DNA from: Amoeboradix gromovi X-113
Taxonomy: Eukaryota > Fungi > Sanchytriomycota
Length of the DNA: 7,152 nucleotides
Direction of reading: 5' to 3'
NCBI GenBank assembly: GCA_018985225.1
Contig: JADGIF010000527.1
Coordinates: forward strand, 1 to 7,152
Shown here: positions 1-7,035 of the stretch, in pieces
How the letters are laid out: every line of letters begins with the position of its first letter
How positions within the stretch are numbered: the first letter of the stretch is position 1
Notes under the pieces: model-generated
What the model was told of the DNA's origin: nothing
Databases searched by the model: none
What the model saw: only the letters and a program-made list of their open reading frames with translations
Position numbers and translations under genes: made by a program

Positions 1-224
1 GAGATGCAGGGTATTCTAGTTTTATTTTAGAAAGAGGAATACAATCAATGAAAGAAAATTGGTAAAATAGAAGATCTTTTATTAATGATAGCATTTCCTC
101 CGTATGGTGCACCTTTAAAAACGAATTAGTCTAGTTTTTATATTTGGTGTCCCATATGAATGTAACAGGCATAGCATACTTAAGCACAAGTGAAGTATCA
201 CATGTTTACTAAGTCTTAATTAAA

Positions 225-1826
225 TTAACGATTTTTCAACCTCTTTCTATCGCTCATTCGTCTAGTTCGCCTTTTTCTTGAAACTCTTTGCAATCCTGGT
301 TCAATGCAACTCTCATTGACTGTTTCTCTACTATTATTTCCCATTTGTATTCGGCGCCAATACTGCACATCTCTGCTATATACATACAAGTTAAGGTGTT
401 TATTTAAATAATGACCATGTGGAGTACTACTCCATTCATGTTTGTGTTGGTATAAAACTTCAATTAAACTTAACCTTCTGTCAATATCCAACGTGCTCCA
501 ACAATCCTGAATTATCAAACTAGCATAAGAGTCGTTTGCTAACTTTACACAGTTGCTTAATATAAACTTATCAAAGAACAAAACCTTTGAACCCTCTAAA
601 ATCAATAGCGAACTGTAAAAACTGCGATAAAAGTGGCTAGCTGCACGGTGCATCATTAAAGAAACATGCCTCTCCTCTTCTAAAGCGAAAAGGCTGTCTA
701 AAACATCATTGTTTTTCAAATGAATGTTTTTAAACAAATGCTGAAGTAATAAACTTCCTGCTGTAGCACCTTCATTACCATTAAGTGTAATGATGTTGAA
801 ATACAAATTACCATCTTTTTCATTTGCTTTAGTTGTAATATGAGCAACTAGTAGCAAATTTGTATTTTCTGAGAATTGAGTTTGAAAATCAAGAAATTTC
901 ACAACTACACTGTTAAACGGAGACTGAAGGAGTGACCAAATTGCCTGCTTGTTTAGCAGCTCCAAAAATAAAGACTCTATTCTATGATACAAGTTCTCTT
1001 TCCCCAGGCGGTGTATTAAGAATTTTATTGTCGGCATGGAATAGTTAGATCTGGCAAGCTCCAACAGATTTCCGGTATAAAATGAATTTATTAAATTATC
1101 CAAGTTCTCAAAGGAAGCGTGAGTTATAAGGTTTTGAATGAAATTGCCCGCATACTGAGTTAGATTGCGATCTTTGAAATATTCAGCTAGCCCAGTGCAG
1201 TTTAATGACAAGAAGCTGTTTGCAGTTTCACTGGTTATTTGTAAATCTTTTTTTAGAAACGGTCTTAAAATATTATGCATTTCCTGTTTTGAATAAGAGG
1301 TGACGGGTGCAGCTACTCTCCTAGTTGCAGTTGCAAGTGACTTCACAGGTGAAATTGGTATGAATTTAAATTCTGACTGAGTTTTTTCTTGCTCGCTTTT
1401 CACTTGTGCCGGGATGTGTGTCTGACAATCTACTATAGGGGATTCGTATAAGCTTAGGTTCGTATCATCTGGTAATATGCTATGCAATTTACTTGTAGGT
1501 TTTGTCGCATTGAAAAATTGTTTTCTAATAAAAGAATTCTCTTTGTAAGATGGGGAGTCATCAATAGAGGTGGTATTACACTCATTTTCAATAGTTAATT
1601 GATTTTGTGTGGTATCTTGTATCTTTGAAATGGTGCTGGATAGTTTGTTTATATGAGATTGCGCTGTAATGGAATCCGTAACGATTGATATCTGATCATC
1701 CAGCTGAATTGAATTAATCTGAATTCGGTTAAGAATAAATGAAAGTTCAGATATTTTGACGTGAGCCTGTATTGTGTCTGACATTATGTTTCTCAATTTT
1801 TGTATGTCAATATCCAAGTTGGTCAT
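225..1826 (-). CDS. Nop9-like Pumilio (PUF) repeat protein: C-terminal half of Nop9 fused to a novel helical-repeat N-terminus (~533 aa)
   Basis: Long ORF; first ATG at 1826 (MTNLD; the track start at 1853 is TTG). Segments AGSLLLQHLF, VLDSLFAL..SLMMHRAASHF and LANDSYASLIIQDCWS..RRLSLIEVL..STPHGHYLNKHLNLYVYSRDVQYW resemble the last PUF repeats and C-terminal helix of Nop9 as recalled (e.g. GSLLLQHL in human NOP9). R/K-rich tail resembles a nuclear/nucleolar signal. Confidence 0.7.
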   Translation of the reverse strand: MTNLDIDIQKLRNIMSDTIQAHVKISELSFILNRIQINSIQLDDQISIVTDSITAQSHINKLSSTISKIQDTTQNQLTIENECNTTSIDDSPSYKENSFIRKQFFNATKPTSKLHSILPDDTNLSLYESPIVDCQTHIPAQVKSEQEKTQSEFKFIPISPVKSLATATRRVAAPVTSYSKQEMHNILRPFLKKDLQITSETANSFLSLNCTGLAEYFKDRNLTQYAGNFIQNLITHASFENLDNLINSFYTGNLLELARSNYSMPTIKFLIHRLGKENLYHRIESLFLELLNKQAIWSLLQSPFNSVVVKFLDFQTQFSENTNLLLVAHITTKANEKDGNLYFNIITLNGNEGATAGSLLLQHLFKNIHLKNNDVLDSLFALEEERHVSLMMHRAASHFYRSFYSSLLILEGSKVLFFDKFILSNCVKLANDSYASLIIQDCWSTLDIDRRLSLIEVLYQHKHEWSSTPHGHYLNKHLNLYVYSRDVQYWRRIQMGNNSRETVNESCIEPGLQRVSRKRRTRRMSDRKRLKNR

Positions 1827-1858
1827 AGTTTTATCCTTGTAAAAAATAAACAATTTAA

Positions 1859-2128
1859 TTATTTATTATAATATTCAGTGCAAGAACAATGCTTTAGTTG
1901 CAGCTCGGAATGTGCTTGAGCCTCAAAAATTTCTTTTGAAAGCTCAGAAATAAGATTTTGGGCCAGAATGGTATCTTGCATAAAGTTGGGAATCACAAAA
2001 CCCATTTTACGAATTCTAGCAGATTCAGACTGCAAATTGGTCAAGGTCTTATAAATCTCTGACAACTTGGCCTGTGCTTCAATGGTATCGTTCATTATGG
2101 AATTTAGTTCCACATAATTACATTCCAT
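1859..2128 (-). CDS. 89-aa hypothetical helical protein, paralogous to the N-terminus of the adjacent Nop9-like gene
   Basis: ATG-initiated ORF. IMNDTIEAQAKLSEI and FMQDTILAQNLISELS align with IMSDTIQAHVKISELS and IVTDSITAQSHINKLS in the neighbouring protein, which supports coding status. Confidence 0.6.
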   Translation of the reverse strand: MECNYVELNSIMNDTIEAQAKLSEIYKTLTNLQSESARIRKMGFVIPNFMQDTILAQNLISELSKEIFEAQAHSELQLKHCSCTEYYNK

Positions 2129-2351
2129 GTTTCGAGGGCTATTGTGTTAATAAGCAAGAAATTCACTATTATTATCAGTAGAAACAGAGCTGTATGGCTA
2201 CTTCATGCATGTAATCCTAATCCATGGCCAGTAGACGCTTCCAAAAGTTCAAGAAAATCTGTAATGGTAGTGGGCACTCAATATCTGCAAATACAGAGTA
2301 GATTCGCAACAATCGAGGTTAAAAAATGGCAGAACGGATTTATTTATATAG

Positions 2352-4141
2352 TTACTTGTACTTTCCGTATCCCTGATGAATTGCCATTAAAGATGCCAAG
2401 AAAGGCTGAATCTACGTTATTTTTAATATACGAGCTTGGGTTTAACCTCCATCAAATCTTCCGGCGCACAAAACAATACTGCACCTAGCTCATAGGCGCA
2501 GCTGATCGCATACTTGGCATTGTCTCTCTTCTGCTCGTCTCCGAACCCTTCTTGCACCAGACCAAAATTGACCAGTCTCTTGCTCATTCCGCTCATCAGT
2601 TCCAAGTAGAATCTACTGGTTCCCAGCATAGAGTCCTTGAAGGTCACTAAAGACTCTTTTGATCCCCCAGCTTTTGCTGTCTTGTTAGCCCAGCTGATCA
2701 AATCTGCATCTGCAACAGGCTTTCCATCTCCTGCCTTTTTCAATTCCACTTCCATGCTCAGCTGGTGCAACTTGGTTAGAAACGCTAGCAGCAACGATTT
2801 ATTACCATCCCCCAAGTCGTTGCCTCCCATGTTCGTGACAATTCCGATCTTCTTTCCTACTTCAACAATGTAGTTGCAATTCTCTAATTTCTTAATTCTG
2901 CTAGTAGTGTTCTTGTTGATTCTCTTGTAGTCTACGCTGTTCGGAACGATTTTGTTAATGGCTAATGCTAATATCTGACCGTCTTGCACCTGTTCCAGCA
3001 AGTTATTGATTGGCTCCACAGTGAAGCTGTCAATAAATAGAGCAAAGCCTTGTAAAGCTCTGTCTGTTTCCTGAAATAAAAGTGGATTTGTAGATTGAAA
3101 TTCGTTCTGGTCCATTGGCAGCAGACCGTGTTTGGTATAAAACAGGGTGGCTAGAAATGCAACGTTCATCTTGAGATTGGCTTCGCTGATGCTGCTAGGG
3201 GATATAAACTGATTAACACCACAGATAGCAGCATTGTCCACAATCATACTGAGACGCTGATCAATGTTTAATTCTTTCATAGGCTGCAAGGTGCACTGTT
3301 TGTTGAGTCTGTGGAGCAGTAAAGTCAGAAATTCACCATCTTTTAGATCTTTGTCAAGATTAGTACAGATTCTGCTGATGTTGGATCGCTCTGCATGGTA
3401 GTTGATCCATCTAATAAGGATGTCTTCGGTCTTCAACTTGGCCAAATGGGAGACTTCTTCTTTATCTTTGGCTAATCGCATAATCTCTGGGCACTTGCTG
3501 ACGTTAACCTTGGACTGCAAATCTACCTTCAAAATGGAGTGCAACAAGCTTGTGAGTTGTTTTGTGTTTCCAGATTCAAGATCGACTGGGTTTAACTGGA
3601 CAGTGCATCCAATTTGCTTGGCAGCATTAAGCGCTATGTTTTGATTCTCAGTCCTCTGAAAGTTTGTAGGGTTCTTTGTGAACTTCTTCTCGTCAACTGT
3701 GTTTGGGACGACCTTGTTTACTAACTTGCCCAAGACGATACCGTCTTTAAGTTCATCAAATATTTGAGCGGAATCCAGCTGAAATGGCAATTTGGATGCC
3801 AGATCCTTGTCGTCCTTTAGCTGGTTGTTGATGTAGTCCACCAAGTTAGCTCGATCTTCGGCCTCGACACCACCCGGACCCTTTTGAACTCCTTGCTGCT
3901 TTAAATCAGCAACCACTTCGACAAACTCGTCAAATTCCATGCCGCCTGTGACATGCTTCTTGACCGTTTTTGTGATCTGATCAAATCCGTACTTTTCAGG
4001 TAATGACTGACAGAGTTTGAGAGAATCATTTTGAATCAAAGAACCAGACTTCTTTACATCAATCTTTTCAAACTTCTCGACCAATTCGTCGATCTCGAGG
4101 TTAGGATACTTACTTTTGATTTTAGCTATATCAATAGGCAT
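2352..4141 (-). CDS. Fimbrin/plastin family actin-bundling protein, divergent; two exons, complement(join(2352..2411,2432..4141)), 589 aa
   Basis: EF-hand-like headpiece plus four CH domains (KLPF..IFDELKDGIVLGKLVN, EDILIRWINYH, KKLENCNYIVEVGK, NAKYAISCAYELGAVLFCAPEDL). The first ATG of the frame is at 4141 (MPIDIAKIKSKYP). Removing a 20-nt intron restores the typical C-terminus KPKL-IQPFLASLMAIHQGYGKYK*. Confidence 0.92.
2412..2431 (-). other. 20-nt spliceosomal intron (phase 0) in fimbrin
   Basis: GTATATTAAAAATAACGTAG: GT..AG ends, branch-like ATAAC abutting the acceptor, in-frame TAA inside. Splicing restores the conserved final CH4 helix. Confidence 0.9.
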
Positions 4142-4620
4142 CTGTTTCGTAAGCACGTCAATCGGAGCAATTGAATTAATCGCCTGGGCGGTATACACGT
4201 TTGGTAATATGAAAAAGCAAATGAGGTTTATTGTATTAGATATGGTGTAATGGTAATCTCTTATCACCGAAAAATATGCAGTTCAGCGCTACTTTGTCAT
4301 TGATTTCATCAATCTTCTCTTTAGAGATTTCAATAAACATAGAGTTTGGGTCTAAATTGTGAGCGAGATAAGATTTAGAGCACATAAGTTAAGCGCAGTC
4401 TAAATAGTTCTTTCTTCGGCTGGTAGCAGCAATAAATATTATTTATAGTCACAATTTGGATTGTTATCTTACTCATTTTTTTAAATTAGCATTGGTTCCA
4501 AATTTTGCAGCACGCTGTTTCTTTTGAGCTTGCCTGATTGATGCAACAACTCATCGAGCAAGCCATTCTAATGAGGCAAAATTTGTAATAAACTCCTAGA
4601 ATTAATCTGAAACTCTATTA

Positions 4621-6038
4621 ATGCTCTCAAAAATCACTCCATATTATGGGTGGATAGGCATTGTTTACTTCTTCACATTTTTGAGATCAATGGAGTTTAT
4701 TAAGCAGAGGAATGAACGCGAAAAACAAATTGAGTTTATAAAAATTATAAAATCTAATCAAAAGAGAGATCCCCTTCATATCTATGTGCTTAGACCATTA
4801 AAAGGCTACAAAAAGTATTTAGAAAATACTTTGAGACTGGAAAATGACAATCCATTATTCGTTTTGCATAATATTTTTATAATGGACGAGGATGATCCGG
4901 GATTAAAAGACTTAGCAGCGATGAAATTTATCAACAGCGAAACCACGAAATACAGCTTGTTTGTTAAACTCTTTGGTCCTGAAAAGTTAAAAATAGAATC
5001 TAATGATTTGGATATTCATCAAACAGACATTAGCAGCTACACTCACTACATCAATCACAAGATTCAGTCTCTTACCACATGCATAGACCATTTTAAAATG
5101 GTTGGATACATTTGGAACTTAGATGATAATGTGTATATTAATAAGGACACGCTGAATACGACTTTGATGAAAATCGAAGGAAAACACTGGTTTAGTGGCA
5201 AATGGCTTGATTTACCAAAAATAGGTGAAAAACATTGCACTTTATGGCACCATGTATGTCTGGGAATTAATGCAAGTAGGTCTGCGCTCTTGGAAGCTTT
5301 ATTCTTAAATACTCTGCATACTATTTATTACATCTTCATTAACTTTACTCGTATAGACAGCTGTTTAATGGGAAAATCCATAATATTTCCATCGACTCTA
5401 CTGCAGCACAAGGACATAGACTTGCATGTTTACCAAGATGTTTTGGCGGAAGATAATGCATTTGGACAAGCAGTATGGAAGCAAAATGTGCCACATGAGA
5501 TGATAGGCTTTGCATATAATGTGCTGGGAGAAATGTCCGTTAAAGATGTGGTAAATAGAAGGATGCGATGGGCTCGTCTAAGGAAATACAACGTGCCGAT
5601 TGGTAATATGGAACTAACTTAGGAAACATCATTGAACCGTTTACGGAGCCATGTTTAACAGGCTTATTGGTGTCAGGAGTGTATGGGTGGACACAAGCAA
5701 TAGTATTTCTGAGTATTTGGATGACTCTGGATGGTATCTTTTATTTTATGACCATGCCAAGCGAGACTTATTTGCTTCCATTTAAAAGACCCATTTTCGT
5801 AGAGAAAAGTATATGTGCAAGCGCATTCGAATTTTATGTTAAAAACTGTTTATATTTTGTAATTTGGTGGGGATATAGAAGCATTATGGCACCATATATC
5901 TATATTAAAGCTATGTGGGATGATGATGTTGAATGGCGAGGCCGAGAATATTTATTATTAATGAATGGTAAAGTGCAATTGAAGAAAAAGTCATTGATTG
6001 AACAAAAGGGATTGCGCCACAGAATTACTAATAAATAA
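4621..6038 (+). CDS. Ceramide glucosyltransferase (glucosylceramide synthase, GT21); join(4621..5602,5623..6038), 465 aa
   Basis: N-terminal hydrophobic helix, LRPLKG, WNLDDNV, CLMGKS, LAED and RRMRW (D,D,D,(Q/R)xxRW signature). After splicing the sequence reads RLRKYNVPIGNIIEPFTEP, followed by hydrophobic helices and VEWRGREY. This joins the two ORF-track pieces into one gene. Confidence 0.9.
5603..5622 (+). other. 20-nt spliceosomal intron (phase 1) in glucosylceramide synthase
   Basis: GTAATATGGAACTAACTTAG: GT..AG ends with canonical CTAAC branch site directly before TTAG. Removal eliminates the TAG stop and restores the EPFTE motif in frame with the downstream ORF. Confidence 0.92.
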
Positions 6039-6082
6039 TGTACAATAGCATTTAATTTTCGAGCTATTCTAGTGTATCTAAA

Positions 6083-6130
6083 TCTTGTGTAATTGAAATT
6101 GTTACCGAAGTTTCTAATAATTACACAAGA
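6083..6130. repeat. Intergenic inverted repeat/hairpin
   Basis: TCTTGTGTAATT (6083-6094) and AATTACACAAGA (6119-6130) are perfect 12-bp complements. Inner GAAATT/AGTTTC extends the stem past a 4-nt bulge. Confidence 0.75.
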
Positions 6131-6214
6131 AAAGTTCTTGTTCAACCTTGTACTTACCCCCCTAAATATTGATAGGTGTGCTTATTGATAAGAGAATATG
6201 ATGAGAAAAAGCCT

Positions 6215-6487
6215 ATGTTGCTACTGTTTGCCATAATATTTGGATGGTCTTGGAATCCTTGGAGTTGGGGGAATCCGTTTTATGCGAGGCAACAACAACA
6301 AAATTCTCAAATGAATAACGAAGCCGAATATCAAAGGCAGCGAGGAGACAATTGGAAGAGTTACACACAAGTAGCAGTCCCTGTGTTAGCTGGAGCAACA
6401 GTGCTGACTGCAATTGGTGCGGGAATAAGTGGATTCAGACTCCACAAAAGACGTGCGAAGAAAATGTTAAAAATAAATGATATTTAA
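6215..6487 (+). CDS. 90-aa hypothetical membrane microprotein
   Basis: ATG at 6215 (track start 6176 is GTG). Short hydrophobic leader MLLLFAIIFG, Trp-rich WSWNPWSWGNP, Q/N-rich segment, TM-like VAVPVLAGATVLTAIGAGISGF and basic tail HKRRAKK. Confidence 0.6.
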   Translation: MLLLFAIIFGWSWNPWSWGNPFYARQQQQNSQMNNEAEYQRQRGDNWKSYTQVAVPVLAGATVLTAIGAGISGFRLHKRRAKKMLKINDI

Positions 6488-6517
6488 GTGAGTTTGTAGT
6501 TAAGTATTTACTGGCAC

Positions 6518-6778
6518 TTATTGCTGAGCGCTCCAAACACTTTGTAAATATCCGCTCTCGGTGCACAATTTGTTTAGCGCATCATCAGCGTCACCCTGAG
6601 CACGCACCTGTCCTGATAGCGCAAAAGTTTTGTATTTTCCGATATATCTACCACTTTCATCCACGTCCCCAATATTAATTTGAATCGAAGCGTGGTCTTT
6701 AGCAGTAATTAATCTATTTGTGATTGAGCATTTTCTCGGTACATATAAGTCAATAACTTCACCTTTATCGTTTTGCAT
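6518..6778 (-). CDS. RPS21: 40S ribosomal protein S21 (eS21)
   Basis: [55 protein letters not shown] matches the eS21 signature over the full length (86 aa). Confidence 0.98.
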   Translation of the reverse strand: MQNDKGEVIDLYVPRKCSITNRLITAKDHASIQINIGDVDESGRYIGKYKTFALSGQVRAQGDADDALNKLCTESGYLQSVWSAQQ

Positions 6779-6780
6779 GT

Positions 6781-6839
6781 CTAATGGATCGTTTATCAGA
6801 AGTCAAACAATATGATTTCACGTGGAATGCAAAACTTAC
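6781..6839 (-). other. Putative 59-nt 5'-UTR intron of RPS21
   Basis: Perfect donor G|GTAAGT at 6839 and acceptor TTAG ending 2 nt before the ATG (TTAG|AC ATG). The branch site is weak. Confidence 0.5.
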
Positions 6840-6888
6840 CCCTTTAGGTATTTTGTGTCATAGTGTCGAATAATACTACTAATCTCCT

Positions 6889-7035
6889 CCTCGTTAAAAG
6901 TCCTGATTTCCGAGAAAATCGAGAATTTCTGCAGAGAAACTAATGCTGGTTTCTCCGTTACAGTGATCGCTCACGCTCTCACTACCCTGAGGCGGGATTG
7001 AATAAGGATGCAGATACTTGATGCATATGTTCCTT
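6889..7035 (-). ncRNA. Putative Fanzor/TnpB omega-RNA scaffold
   Basis: Consecutive hairpins right after RuvC-III: 7004-7035, 6985-6996 (CCC-GCCUCA-GGG), 6960-6985 (GUGA tetraloop), 6932-6957 (9 bp) and 6901-6925. Loop CCUC is complementary to terminal GAGG (6892-6889). Boundaries are approximate. Confidence 0.6.

Noticed and set aside
2-94. Minus-strand ORF start MLSLIKDLLFYQFSF running off the window
   Set aside because: Too short to assess, with no recognisable motif, and it competes with plus-strand interpretations.
2144-2488. 114-aa plus-strand ORF
   Set aside because: Non-ATG start, antisense overlap with the fimbrin 3' exons, and no recognisable motif.
2637-3644. Plus-strand ORFs 2637-2873 and 3402-3644
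   Set aside because: Antisense shadows of the fimbrin CDS.
4142-4267. 42-aa N-terminal extension of fimbrin in the ORF track
   Set aside because: Begins at GTG, has no fimbrin similarity, and the first ATG at 4141 matches the expected family start.
6152-6160. ACTTACCCC, also at 6834-6842, as a U1 snRNA 5' end or an antisense splice donor
   Set aside because: No U1 stem-loops or Sm site follow, and no minus-strand gene is supported here. A shared promoter motif cannot be excluded.
6198-6204. ATGATGA box C-like motif
   Set aside because: No box D or terminal stem at snoRNA distance.
5900-6413. Minus-strand ORFs 5900-6145 and 6213-6413
   Set aside because: Non-ATG starts, antisense to better-supported genes, and no protein-like features.
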